A stretch of 64,000 nt of DNA from Candidatus Bathyarchaeota archaeon (lineage in GTDB: Archaea; Thermoproteota; Bathyarchaeia; Bathyarchaeales; Bathycorpusculaceae): contig CAWHDT010000003.1 in NCBI GenBank assembly GCA_963828195.1, positions 128,001 through 192,000 on the forward strand, in the 5' to 3' direction. The position numbers and the translations under genes were made by a program. The notes under the pieces were generated by a model. The model had not been told where the DNA came from and did not search any database. It saw only the letters and a list, made by a program, of their open reading frames with translations. Below, piece by piece: positions 1 to 10,120 of this stretch. Position 1 is the first letter of the stretch. Every line of letters begins with the position of its first letter.

Positions 1-43
1 TTTCAATATCAATCAATAAAAAAATTATTAAAAGGAATATAAA

Positions 44-1237
44 ATGACAGTTGAAAAGCCCAAACGAAGCAATATGATGTACGCATTCCTAATAATTGGT
101 CTACTAATTGGAGTCGCTTTAGGATTTTCAGTAGGTTACTTTAGCAATCAATCGCAGATCAATTCGCTGAACACAAAAGTTGCGAACCTTCAAACCTCCG
201 AGACGAACTCTTTGGTCAGCTTAGCCTCTAATGGGAACCCGTTTGCAGTCGGTGCAGCAGGCACTCTAACATACGCCTTTGGCTCAGAATTGACCGCTTT
301 TGAGACACAGTATCCAAGCATTACAGTTGCACCTCCTCTATTTGAGGGAAGCAGTTTAGTTGCTCAAGAAGAGAATCTCACACAATCGTTAAGTTTGGAA
401 GCCGCCGCTGACACAACCGCTATGCCAACCGTCCTCTTCCCGAACCAAGCTAATTACGAAATTGCCTTTGGCCAAACACCAATGGTCATTATTGTGAATC
501 TGCAATCATCTGCCGGACAAGAACTTTATAACATGTGGACTGCCGCTAAAGGACTTGCCGTAAATTCTACTGCGTGGACTACAGCTTGGCAAAATATGTT
601 TACTTTGATCGCGCTCAACACAACCACTACTGTCGGTGTTTCAAATCCTTTCACTGACCCTAGCGGTTTTCAAGCTGCTGGCATGCTAAGATTGGCGGGC
701 TTATATTTCTTTGGAAATGTAAGCTACCTCTATGACGCAGTATACAACAACCCAAGTAGATATGTCATGGCAGATAGTGAAGATGATTTGGTTCCGCTTA
801 TGCAGACTGATCACATAGATTTCATTACTTCAGCTTACGAGTCCAACGCTATACCACAGACAAATCAAACTGAAGGTAATCTTGCATGGATAACATTACC
901 CGCCCAAGTTAACTTGGGAGTATTGGCTAACACTCCCTACTACAACGAAGCCAACTTCAACTACACGGAACTGGGAACAACCCAACAATTCGTCGTTAAC
1001 CCAGTGGTCTATTGTGTCACGATCCCAACGGTCTCCACTAACTCCGCAGCGGCTACGTTATTCATCCAAAACCTATACACCTCTACAGGCCAGGGCATAC
1101 TTGAGAATTATGGCATAACACCCTTTTCGCAGGGCATCGTCTGGCCTAGTGCTAGCTACTCCAATGTTCCAAGTGTAATCCAGCCATACACTGTGCCGGT
1201 AAACTCTACAACTTTATCCCAATTTGCTGGGGCTTGA
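44..1237 (+). CDS. wtpA: Tungstate/molybdate ABC transporter substrate-binding protein (WtpA/ModA-like), N-terminally anchored
   Basis: N-terminal TM; AAGTL, GSS, AAAD, NPFTDPSG and AYES resemble WtpA-type binding-protein motifs; first gene of an ABC operon. Confidence 0.7.
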   Translation: MTVEKPKRSNMMYAFLIIGLLIGVALGFSVGYFSNQSQINSLNTKVANLQTSETNSLVSLASNGNPFAVGAAGTLTYAFGSELTAFETQYPSITVAPPLFEGSSLVAQEENLTQSLSLEAAADTTAMPTVLFPNQANYEIAFGQTPMVIIVNLQSSAGQELYNMWTAAKGLAVNSTAWTTAWQNMFTLIALNTTTTVGVSNPFTDPSGFQAAGMLRLAGLYFFGNVSYLYDAVYNNPSRYVMADSEDDLVPLMQTDHIDFITSAYESNAIPQTNQTEGNLAWITLPAQVNLGVLANTPYYNEANFNYTELGTTQQFVVNPVVYCVTIPTVSTNSAAATLFIQNLYTSTGQGILENYGITPFSQGIVWPSASYSNVPSVIQPYTVPVNSTTLSQFAGA

Positions 1238-2028
1238 TTGAGTTTAATGGAAAATTCAAAGCCCTACTGATCTTATGCGGCGCAATAACAATCCTTTTTT
1301 TTATTTACCCAATCCTACTGATCATAGCCCTCGGCGTCAACAACCTTATCTCCGCGCTGTCCACAGGCTCCTTCATCTCTTCAGTTGAGGTTACTTTCGT
1401 AATTGCGACCGCCGCAGCGCTTCTCTCTGTGTTAGTAGGCACTCCTTTTGCGTATCTTTTGGCTAGATCCGAATTCAGGTTTAAAGAAGTTGTCGAAGCA
1501 ATTATCGATATACCTATTGTGGTTCCTCACGTTGTTGTTGGCATAATGATAGTGCTGGCTTTCTCTTCGCAATATGGGTTAGGTCCATTTCTTCAGAGGC
1601 TAGGCATAAACATGATCGATACATTGTTGGGTGCCATAATCACAGTTACCTACCTTTCAGCAACTTACTCCATTAGAGTAACTGAGTCCTCGATAAAGAC
1701 GATTAACCCAGATGTCGAGTTGACCGCCCGAACACTTGGATCCTCACAAGCATTTACGTTTATCCACGTTGTAATCCCTCGAATCTGGAAGTCAATAGCA
1801 AACGGAGCATTACTCACTTGGGCAAGGGCAGTTGCCGAGGTGGGAGCGTTGCTCGTAGTAGCCTATTACGTGTACTTCAACGGGAACTATGTTTATCCAG
1901 CTTCAATCTACATTTACGAAGGGTTCGAAGCATTAGGGTTAGCAGGTGTAGTGAAGTATTCAGCCGCTCTTCTAATAATAGTCCTTGTTGTATTCATCAT
2001 TTACAGGTGGATTCTAAAACATATCTGA
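1234..2028 (+). CDS. wtpB: Molybdate/tungstate ABC transporter permease
   Basis: About 6 TM; IDIPIVVPHVVVG, EAA-like loop ELTARTLG, WARAVAEVGA; TTG start overlaps upstream stop. Confidence 0.8.
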   Translation: MIEFNGKFKALLILCGAITILFFIYPILLIIALGVNNLISALSTGSFISSVEVTFVIATAAALLSVLVGTPFAYLLARSEFRFKEVVEAIIDIPIVVPHVVVGIMIVLAFSSQYGLGPFLQRLGINMIDTLLGAIITVTYLSATYSIRVTESSIKTINPDVELTARTLGSSQAFTFIHVVIPRIWKSIANGALLTWARAVAEVGALLVVAYYVYFNGNYVYPASIYIYEGFEALGLAGVVKYSAALLIIVLVVFIIYRWILKHI

Positions 2029-2031
2029 GAG

Positions 2032-3078
2032 GTGAATGCGCTGTTTCAAATAATCAATGTTAATCTCACCTTAGGCACTTTCAAGCTGAACTCAATCAGC
2101 TTAAACGTTGATCAACAAGAATACATGATTATAATCGGACGAACTGCCAGCGGCAAGACCTCACTTCTTAAAACAATTGCAGGAGCCTACAAACCATCAA
2201 GCGGCAAAATACTGCTCAACGGCTCAGATATTACAGCCCTGCCCCCGGAAAAAAGAAATATCGCCTATGTATCACAGATTTTTTCTTCATTTGACCCGAT
2301 GAATGTCCGCGGCAACATTGAATTCGGACTTAAAGCAAGACGCGTGGCAACGCCAGAAAGAGAGCGACGGGTGAACGAGATTGTCAAAGACCTTGGCATT
2401 GGGCATCTGCTAGATAGAATGCCCGCGACGTTAAGCGGTGGGGAGCAGCAGCGTGTTTCGTTGGCGAGAGCGTTGGTTACCCGTCCAAAGATTTTGCTTT
2501 TGGATGAACCGCTTTCGATGATAGACCCTGAAACTAAAGTGCAAATTGTACGTCTGTTGAAAGCGATTCCCGAAAAATATAACATTCCAGTGGTCCATGT
2601 TACTCACGAATGGGACGAGGCTTATTCTTTAGCAAGCAGAATCGCTGTTATAAATCAGGGGCAAATAATTGAGGTGGGTGACCCCGAACAAATATTTAAT
2701 GAACCAAAAACCTATCTTACTGCCAAGTTGGTAGGTTTCTATGACATGCACAGGGGAAACGCAACTCTCACCGACTCTGGGTCTACAATAAAGCTGGAGA
2801 ACGGCTTAGAACTCAAGTCCCGAACGAAAATTAGCGGCTCAGTCTACGCATGTGTAAGACCTGAACGAGTTAAACTAAGCACTATTGACGAGCCCAATAA
2901 ATTCGAAGGACAAGTCGTAGAAGTTTTCAGAGAGAGATTTGGGTTTCGCACAATCATAAATATCAACAAAATTGAGTTTACCGTTCTCATTGACAGCAAG
3001 CTAACAAAGGGCGATGTTGTAACAATAACAATACCCGAAGACAGTGTGTACCTGATACCTTCAACCGAAGCGCGGTAA
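2032..3078 (+). CDS. wtpC: ABC transporter ATPase (WtpC/ModC-like) with C-terminal TOBE-like domains
   Basis: Walker A GRTASGKT, LSGGEQQR, Walker B LLLDEP, VTH. Confidence 0.8.
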   Translation: MNALFQIINVNLTLGTFKLNSISLNVDQQEYMIIIGRTASGKTSLLKTIAGAYKPSSGKILLNGSDITALPPEKRNIAYVSQIFSSFDPMNVRGNIEFGLKARRVATPERERRVNEIVKDLGIGHLLDRMPATLSGGEQQRVSLARALVTRPKILLLDEPLSMIDPETKVQIVRLLKAIPEKYNIPVVHVTHEWDEAYSLASRIAVINQGQIIEVGDPEQIFNEPKTYLTAKLVGFYDMHRGNATLTDSGSTIKLENGLELKSRTKISGSVYACVRPERVKLSTIDEPNKFEGQVVEVFRERFGFRTIININKIEFTVLIDSKLTKGDVVTITIPEDSVYLIPSTEAR

Positions 3079-3170
3079 CGCCCCTTGCTATCCTACCCGA
3101 ACTGCCCAAAAAAAGGAGGAAGCATTCCCACTCAAAAAAAGATTTTTCCCCGAATAATTTTTGGGGCTTC

Positions 3171-4013
3171 TTAATGGTTCAATTTTTTGTCCCACCACAT
3201 AAGTGCATGCAGACTTGGTTTTTTGTTGCTGAATCTGTAGGCGCCGTCTTTTGTTTCGGTTAGGGTCTCTGTGAGGTATTTCTTTAACTTGATTTTTTCT
3301 TCTTGAGTTAATGCTTCATTTGTGTTTCTTCTTTCAAATCTTTTGCCATGTTCAGACAGTGCATCATCTATGCTTTTGTAGGTAATTGCTGAGGGTTTGG
3401 TTTGGAAAATTTCGATGTTCGCCCGAATTCCCATCTGATAAAGTAAATTGTAAATCACTATGTACATGCGAGTTTCCCCGTACGGTCTGCCTATCGCTTT
3501 GTATAAGCCTATGTCAAACTGTCTGTCGCCTGCTCCCCAAATCACATATGCGCGTTTTTTTGCGGCTTCATCCATGTTTCTTAGGAACGTCTCTAAGTTG
3601 CGTTCCCAACCCATTGATCGGGAAGCAACGACAATGTCATGTTTTTCCACATCTTTGCCAATGACTGCGGTCTCAAACGCCTTGTTTATGTACGTAATGT
3701 TGCTGACATTTTTCTTTTCAGCGTTTTGTTTTAGGTACTTGAGCATCTCACCTGAAATATCAAGAGCAGTGAGGTGTCTGCATTTCTTTGCGAGCGGTAT
3801 CGCCAATAAACCTGGTCCGCAACCGACGTCCAAAGCTGTCCAGTCTGGTTTGATTTTGATTCTTTTCATTACTTTTTTGCCGTAGTCATCTGCATCCTCT
3901 TTGTTCCATCTGGACGCGGCGTGATCCCAGCTTGTAGCTTTATCTGCGTTGCCTGCGAAAAAGATTATGCCGTCTCGCCAAACTGCACTCCAATCAATTT
4001 GATTCGGATCCAT
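3171..4013 (-). CDS. Class I SAM-dependent methyltransferase
   Basis: Motif I LDVGCGPG, motif II ALDIS, HDIVVASRS. Confidence 0.9.
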   Translation of the reverse strand: MDPNQIDWSAVWRDGIIFFAGNADKATSWDHAASRWNKEDADDYGKKVMKRIKIKPDWTALDVGCGPGLLAIPLAKKCRHLTALDISGEMLKYLKQNAEKKNVSNITYINKAFETAVIGKDVEKHDIVVASRSMGWERNLETFLRNMDEAAKKRAYVIWGAGDRQFDIGLYKAIGRPYGETRMYIVIYNLLYQMGIRANIEIFQTKPSAITYKSIDDALSEHGKRFERRNTNEALTQEEKIKLKKYLTETLTETKDGAYRFSNKKPSLHALMWWDKKLNH

Positions 4014-4166
4014 ATTAGTTTGCCTCCTGACCCCGCTGGATCATGAAGGAGCATTTTTTTGATGTTGCTTCTGGTATCTCTGGGAATATTGTTTTGGTTG
4101 TGTTTGTTGGCACAACCTTTTTAAATATGCGATATGTTTTGGCAAACATAACGGAGATAATAATAA

Positions 4167-5633
4167 ATGAAAAATAAATATGTTTACATAACTATCGGAA
4201 TAATCGCAATCATTGTAATTTCACTAGCAGCCTACATGTACGTGGATAATCCTCTTGACATTGCTACTGCGCCATCTGCAACCTCCACACCCTCCGCAAC
4301 TTCGACACCGTCTGCGACTTCTACACCATCCGCAACCTCCACACCGTCTGCAACCTCCAAACCATCTGCAACAGCTACGCCGACTGCAACAACAAATCCG
4401 GGTATTCCCATTACTTTCGCGGCATCAGGTTTGGATAGCTCTTCAAACAGCACTGTAGTAACCACCAGCATAGGTGATTTTGATTACGCACAGCTGCCTT
4501 ACACCGTAAATGTTGCTTCTGGACTCGTGGTTACCTTCTCTTACACGGTCAATGTGACCACTGTTGTTCCAGACTGTTTTTTCACGTTATCTAGCGCTCC
4601 AAGCTCAACTTCCGTCACAGTGAACAGTGCAACAACTGTGAACGCTACCTACGGCAGAGCCATCATAGACTACAGCGGAACCATGGTCCAAATACCTCAA
4701 GCATCCCAAATCAACCGAATAGCAGACTCATGGGCAGCACACAATACAGAAGTAATTCTCTGCGGCGACCAAAGCAAAATCGTAGCTACCACACCTACCG
4801 ACACAACGATAGCTATGCTTAATATCATGTATCCCAACATGGCAACAATGTCCGCGCCTTTTGCTAGTTCAGGCACCCCGAATATTGAACAGCTCCTCGC
4901 AGACAACCCCGACATAGTCTTCATGTCCTACAGCGCCAGCGCCCAATCGGCATACCAATCCATGGTAAGCGCAGGTTTATGTGTAGTGCAAATGTACTTC
5001 GCTACTTTCCCCGACATGCTAACCACTGTCCAGCAAACCGGCTGGATTCTAGGTCCAACTGCACTGGTTAAGGCAAACGCTTACGTATCATACTTTGACA
5101 GCGCTTTAGCAAATGTCACCGCGGTAACTTCGCAGATTCCACAAAGTCAACAGGTAACTGTGCTGCACATTAGTGGAACAAGCCCGCTCTACGTTGATGG
5201 AGGCACCACCCTCATTGACACCTGGATCAACACCTGCGGAGGAATCGACGCCGCATCGTCAGTCAGCGGCAACATGCAGCAGATTACTCTTGAACAACTG
5301 CTTTCATGGAACCCACAGGTCATCCTTGTCGGGTCAGCTACAGCAACCAGCATAGCAAATACACTCATGACTAATCCTCAATATGCTTCACTAAGTGCGG
5401 TGCAAAACGACAAAGTGATTGTGAACCCGATGGGTGTGTTCGATTGGAGCCGCTACAGCATCGAAGAAGCACTTAACATACAATGGGTCGCACAGACACT
5501 ATACCCTAACCTGTTTACCAACATTAACATGGCATCGCAAACAGTATACTTCTATCAGACATTCTATGGGTACACACTTTCCAACGATCAAGTGCAAGCT
5601 ATACTGAGCAACACAACTCCACCATCTACCTAA
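4167..5633 (+). CDS. Class III (Fe-siderophore/cobalamin/MolA-type) ABC substrate-binding protein with Ser/Thr/Pro stalk
   Basis: N-terminal TM, STPSAT repeats, NIEQLLADNPDIV, ITLEQLLSWNPQVI, LSAVQNDKV. Confidence 0.85.
   Translation: MKNKYVYITIGIIAIIVISLAAYMYVDNPLDIATAPSATSTPSATSTPSATSTPSATSTPSATSKPSATATPTATTNPGIPITFAASGLDSSSNSTVVTTSIGDFDYAQLPYTVNVASGLVVTFSYTVNVTTVVPDCFFTLSSAPSSTSVTVNSATTVNATYGRAIIDYSGTMVQIPQASQINRIADSWAAHNTEVILCGDQSKIVATTPTDTTIAMLNIMYPNMATMSAPFASSGTPNIEQLLADNPDIVFMSYSASAQSAYQSMVSAGLCVVQMYFATFPDMLTTVQQTGWILGPTALVKANAYVSYFDSALANVTAVTSQIPQSQQVTVLHISGTSPLYVDGGTTLIDTWINTCGGIDAASSVSGNMQQITLEQLLSWNPQVILVGSATATSIANTLMTNPQYASLSAVQNDKVIVNPMGVFDWSRYSIEEALNIQWVAQTLYPNLFTNINMASQTVYFYQTFYGYTLSNDQVQAILSNTTPPST
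4270..4392 (+). repeat. Degenerate 18-nt coding tandem repeat (PSATST)n linker
   Basis: Repeated units such as CCATCTGCAACCTCCACA / CCGTCTGCGACTTCTACA. Confidence 0.8.
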
Positions 5634-5655
5634 ATCAGCCAACGAGCGATTCAAG

Positions 5656-6711
5656 ATGTCTCAAGCAAATGAAGGAAAGCGTCGATCACCTTTAAGCTAT
5701 GAACTTAAAGGCTCCCTCTTACTCATTTGCACAATTCTTATTTTTTTAGTTTCGCTCGGAATAGGAAGATATAACGTTCCTATCGCTGACTTAATTAAAA
5801 TCTTGTTATCACAGTTCATTAATATTCAGCACAATTGGCCAGCCACGATGACCACCGTCGTAATACAAGTCAGGTTACCACGCTTAATCATGGTGGCTTT
5901 AGTGGGAGCTGCCCTAGCAATTTCAGGAGCAACTTTCCAAGCCGCTCTAAAGAACCCGCTTGTTTCCTCAGATATACTTGGAGTATCTGCTGGAGCTGGT
6001 TTTGGCGCAGCGGTAGGTTTGTATTTCAACCTAAACTTATTCACGGTCCAGATTCTTGCGTTAGTCGTAGGAATGGCTGCCGTTGGAATGGCCTACGCAA
6101 TCTACAGTTTAACCAAAAGATCATCGACTCTGATTCTTGTTTTATCAGGCATAATTATCGGTTCTTTTTTTTCTGCCCTAGTTTCGTTAATGAAGTTTCT
6201 TGCAAATCAAAGCGTAGCGAATAACGGTGCATTCACCGCCATTGTGTTTTGGCTCTTGGGAAGTTTCTCTACCGCCGGCACTTACACAAACGTTATTGAG
6301 TTTGGTCCTCCAATCCTGCTTGGAATAGTTGTCCTTTTGTTGTTAAGGTGGAGAGTTAACGTTCTCTCACTTGAAGACACTGAAGCTAAGGCGTTAGGTT
6401 TAAATGTTAAACTATATCAGGGAATCATCATATTTTCCGCCACACTTATAACAGCATCCGCCGTCAGCGTGGCTGGCCTAGTAGGCTGGATTGGATTGTT
6501 TGTGCCGCACGTCGCACGGATGTTGGTTGGATCAAATAACAGCAAGGTCTTGCCTGTCTCAATATTGATAGGTATATCCTTTTTAATCGCCATGGACGAC
6601 ATTGCACGTTCCCTCACGCCATATGAAATTCCCATCGGCATCCTGACCGCAATCGTCGGGCTCCCGCTATTCGCATACTTACTGGTACGCCAAAGAGTTG
6701 GTTGGTCATGA
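5656..6711 (+). CDS. FecCD/BtuC-family ABC permease
   Basis: VRLPR, ALKNPLVSSDILGVSAGA, GWIGLFVPHVAR, EIPIGILTAIVGLP. Confidence 0.92.
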   Translation: MSQANEGKRRSPLSYELKGSLLLICTILIFLVSLGIGRYNVPIADLIKILLSQFINIQHNWPATMTTVVIQVRLPRLIMVALVGAALAISGATFQAALKNPLVSSDILGVSAGAGFGAAVGLYFNLNLFTVQILALVVGMAAVGMAYAIYSLTKRSSTLILVLSGIIIGSFFSALVSLMKFLANQSVANNGAFTAIVFWLLGSFSTAGTYTNVIEFGPPILLGIVVLLLLRWRVNVLSLEDTEAKALGLNVKLYQGIIIFSATLITASAVSVAGLVGWIGLFVPHVARMLVGSNNSKVLPVSILIGISFLIAMDDIARSLTPYEIPIGILTAIVGLPLFAYLLVRQRVGWS

Positions 6712-7529
6712 ATCTAGAAGTAAATAACGCAACTTTCTCCTACAAAAAAGGCAGCCCCGTTTTCAAAGACATATCCTTCACTTTAAAACAAGGCGACATC
6801 TTTTGTATTTTAGGTCCAAACGGAGCTGGAAAATCCACCCTGCTAAGTTGCATCGGGAACTTGTTCGATTTAGAAAAAGGCTCAATAATTCTTGATGGCA
6901 AAGCTATATCCTCTATGGGTCGAAGGGACATAGCAAAAAGGATTGGTTATATCCCTCAGTTTCATACTCCAGTTTTTCCCTACTCTATTTTCGATTTCGT
7001 TTTGATGGGTCGCACTCCTCACATCGGCGCGTTTTCTTCTCCAAAAAAAAGCGACATAGACTTAACGGAAAAAGCATTAGAGGCAGTCGGCATATCGCAC
7101 ATGGCTAAAAGACCCTACAACGAGATCAGCGGCGGCGAAAGACAGCTTGTCATGTTTGCGAAGGTGCTGGCGCAGGAGCCAGACATCATCCTTCTTGATG
7201 AACCAACGTCGCATCTGGATTTTGGAAACCAATTCAAGATTCTTAATATTATTGAAAACTTGGCTAAAAGTGGCTTTTCCGTGGTTATGACTTCTCACTT
7301 TCCTGACCACGCCTTCTTGATTTCCACTAAAGTCGGCGTTATGAAGGAACAGTCATTTATTGATATTGGAGCAGCAAACGATGTAATAACTGAAGAAAAC
7401 ATGAAGCAAACATATGGCATAGACGTGAAAATCTCATTTATTGAACAAGCAAACAGAAAGGTGTGTATTCCTCTCAAAAATCTTTCAGGCAACTCCACTT
7501 TTGGCTTCTCAAAGCCTGAGCAACAGTAG
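6708..7529 (+). CDS. FecE/BtuD-type ABC ATPase
   Basis: GPNGAGKST, ISGGERQ, LLDEPTSHLD; ATG at 6708 overlaps permease stop (ATGA). Confidence 0.92.
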   Translation: MNLEVNNATFSYKKGSPVFKDISFTLKQGDIFCILGPNGAGKSTLLSCIGNLFDLEKGSIILDGKAISSMGRRDIAKRIGYIPQFHTPVFPYSIFDFVLMGRTPHIGAFSSPKKSDIDLTEKALEAVGISHMAKRPYNEISGGERQLVMFAKVLAQEPDIILLDEPTSHLDFGNQFKILNIIENLAKSGFSVVMTSHFPDHAFLISTKVGVMKEQSFIDIGAANDVITEENMKQTYGIDVKISFIEQANRKVCIPLKNLSGNSTFGFSKPEQQ

Positions 7530-7656
7530 CACCCTTGAACGCCGAGGCGTTCTTTGGATAAGCCGGCAACAAATTTGGCTCGAATAACGAAAACATTATG
7601 GGGAAAGCAAAAGCTAGTAAAAAAGCAAGCTATTAAGGGGATAGCTTCTGAAAATG

Positions 7657-7947
7657 TTAGGGCTTCTGCGTTTTAGCCCATTCTTCTTTGACAAGCTTGG
7701 TTATGTTATCCAAGTTTGTCTGTGCAGTAAGGTCGGCGATGACGTTGTTGAGTTCGTTCTTTATCAACAAAGCAACTTCACTTGGTCTTAGCGGTTCTGG
7801 CCTTGTGGCTTGATAAACTCTGAGTGCGCGCAGACAGAACTTCATCATTAGTTTTTGCTGTTGGTCCTGTAAATCTGAAAGCTCGTTTTTGCTGTTTTTC
7901 ATCAGCTTGTCAAACTTGTTTGAATCCCATTTTCCTTCTTCAGTCAT
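7657..7947 (-). CDS. Hypothetical helical protein
   Basis: 96-aa ORF with protein-like composition filling the gap downstream of pyrG. Confidence 0.6.
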   Translation of the reverse strand: MTEEGKWDSNKFDKLMKNSKNELSDLQDQQQKLMMKFCLRALRVYQATRPEPLRPSEVALLIKNELNNVIADLTAQTNLDNITKLVKEEWAKTQKP

Positions 7948-8015
7948 GTTTAAACTATCCTTACCGTTTCATATCAATCATGCATTATAGCCTTTTCTAC
8001 TAAAGCTCTTGGGTG

Positions 8016-9656
8016 CTAAGAAATAGCGGCTTTTGGTTTTCCCAGCTTCTTATTAACGCATGCTTGGATAAACCCCAAGTATTCAGGTGAAGGTCTTCCA
8101 GGCCGACTTTTGAATTCGCCGTGAAACTGAGATGCAAAGAAGAAGTAGTTTTTTGGTAACTCCAAGGTCTCCATTCTTCTGCCGTCGGCGCTTTTGCCAG
8201 TGAAGCATAAACCATTGTTCTTCAGGTTTTCTTGGTAGTCCAAGTTTACTTCAAAACGGTGTCTGTGCCGCTCGTAAATTTCTTCTTGCCCATACATGCT
8301 GTAGGCAAGGGTCCCTTTTTGCATAATCACTTTGTGCGCACCCAGACGCATCGTTGCACCCTTGACTTCTACGCCCCGCTGCTCCGGCATAAGGTCTATG
8401 ACTGGATGTGGCGTTTCAGGATTGATTTCGGTGCTGTTTGCATCTTTTAAGCCGCATACTTGTCGAGAGTACTCTATAACTGCCAGTTGGAAACCGTAGC
8501 AAATGCCTAAGAATGGAATATCGTTCTCTCGGGCAAACTGGACCGCTGCGATTTTGCCTTCAGTGCCTCTTGGGCCAAATCCGTATGGAACAAAGATTCC
8601 GTCGAAATTGGCAAGGTCTTTTACGCATTGCGGTTCATGCTCAAGTTTCTCAGCCTCTAAGTATGAAATGCAAACCTTAGTTTTGCATGCGCCTCCGCCG
8701 TGCCGAAGCGCCTCAGTCATGCTTACGTAACTGTCAGTTAACCCAGCATACTTACCCACTAAAGCTATCTTTACTTCGTTTTCAGGATTTATCAGACCCT
8801 CCACATATTGCTGCCAAGCGCCGAAATCTTTAGTCTCGCATTTGATGGCTAGTCTTTGACAGATAAAGTCGCCCATGCCCTGTTTATCTAAAATAAGCGG
8901 CACCTGATACACGGATTCAGCGTTATAGGAGCAGAAGACTGCGCTTTCGGGGATGGTGCCGAATAACGCTATTTTTCTGAGGGTTTCAGCATCGATCATT
9001 TTGGGGCTTCTAGCAACTATCGTGTCGGGCTGAACGCCGATCCGTCTTAACTCGTTGACACTGTGCTGTAACGGTTTAGTTTTCATTTCACCAGTAACAT
9101 CCAAAATCGGCACCAAAGCCAAATGCACATACAGCGTATTTTCGTAGCCTTCCTCCATACGCATCTGTCGAATAGCTTCCAGAAACGGTAAGCCTTCAAT
9201 GTCGCCGACTGTTCCGCCAACTTCGGTTAAAACAACATCAGCGCATGCAGTTTTGCCGACGGTTTTGATGCGGTTTTTGATTTCGTTGGTTACATGTGGC
9301 ACAATTTGGACGCATCTACCTAAAAAGTCGCCGCGTCGCTCCTTCTCAATTACAGATTTATAAATCATTCCGGTGGTTAAGTTGTTTTCCTGTTTGAGGC
9401 TTAAGTCTAAGAAGCGTTCGTACCAGCCTAAATCTAGGTCGGTTTCTCCTCCGTCGTCGGTTACGAAGACTTCGCCATGCATGTAGGGATTCATCGTTCC
9501 CGCATCAACATTCACGTAAGGATCAATTTTTACAACCGTAGGCTTTAGTCCCCGAGCCTGAAGCATTTTGCCTATGGAAGAAGTCAATATGCCTTTGCCG
9601 ACCGAACTTAATACGCCTCCCGTCACGAAAATGTACTTAACCATGGTTTTCCCCAC
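8016..9656 (-). CDS. pyrG: CTP synthase
   Basis: KYIFVTGGVLSSVGKG, DPYVNVDAGTM, KTKPLQHSV, GATase GICYG and QFHGEF; start may be ATG 9644. Confidence 0.98.
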   Translation of the reverse strand: MGKTMVKYIFVTGGVLSSVGKGILTSSIGKMLQARGLKPTVVKIDPYVNVDAGTMNPYMHGEVFVTDDGGETDLDLGWYERFLDLSLKQENNLTTGMIYKSVIEKERRGDFLGRCVQIVPHVTNEIKNRIKTVGKTACADVVLTEVGGTVGDIEGLPFLEAIRQMRMEEGYENTLYVHLALVPILDVTGEMKTKPLQHSVNELRRIGVQPDTIVARSPKMIDAETLRKIALFGTIPESAVFCSYNAESVYQVPLILDKQGMGDFICQRLAIKCETKDFGAWQQYVEGLINPENEVKIALVGKYAGLTDSYVSMTEALRHGGGACKTKVCISYLEAEKLEHEPQCVKDLANFDGIFVPYGFGPRGTEGKIAAVQFARENDIPFLGICYGFQLAVIEYSRQVCGLKDANSTEINPETPHPVIDLMPEQRGVEVKGATMRLGAHKVIMQKGTLAYSMYGQEEIYERHRHRFEVNLDYQENLKNNGLCFTGKSADGRRMETLELPKNYFFFASQFHGEFKSRPGRPSPEYLGFIQACVNKKLGKPKAAIS

Positions 9657-9758
9657 AATAACCTAACCTTTCAAGCTGACTTAATATAACTCTTTTGTGT
9701 ACAGAGCTGCAAAAATGTGCAATACAGAATGATTTACCTTAAACATGTAAGCAGCTAA

Positions 9759-9856
9759 GTGAGGCAAGGCTGCTTTATTTGCGGTTGTACTTTTTCTTCA
9801 GCTGTGGGCTGCGCCTTAACTGCCGTGAGGCAAGGCTGCTTTATTTGCGGTTGTAC
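9759..9856. repeat. Two identical 32-bp direct repeats with a 34-bp spacer (CRISPR-like mini-array geometry)
   Basis: GTGAGGCAAGGCTGCTTTATTTGCGGTTGTAC at 9759-9790 and 9825-9856. Confidence 0.85.
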
Positions 9857-10120
9857 AGCCTCTCTTTCATAATCCCCCGTTAAACTGTGTAGGTTTAAGG
9901 CTAGAAACAATAGAAATAATGAGTGACCAAAAAATAAGGCTGATGATAAAAAATTTCTACTCATCTAAATGGCACGCCAAAATTGGAACGCGGGTTAATT
10001 ACATGTTTTTTAGAATAGTTTTTATAAATTTATTTGGCTGACAATTTGATTAAAAATTTGCCTTTTTCGGCAGAAATATTTAATTCAGAACACTGACTAA
10101 TTATGAGTGGGGAATTGAAA

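Noticed and set aside
9759-9856. Calling this a bona fide CRISPR-Cas locus
   Set aside because: Only two repeats and no cas genes in the window
9755-9964. 69-aa ORF spanning the 32-bp repeats
   Set aside because: No recognisable domain and an AT-rich, low-complexity N-half; kept only as an alternative explanation of the repeat
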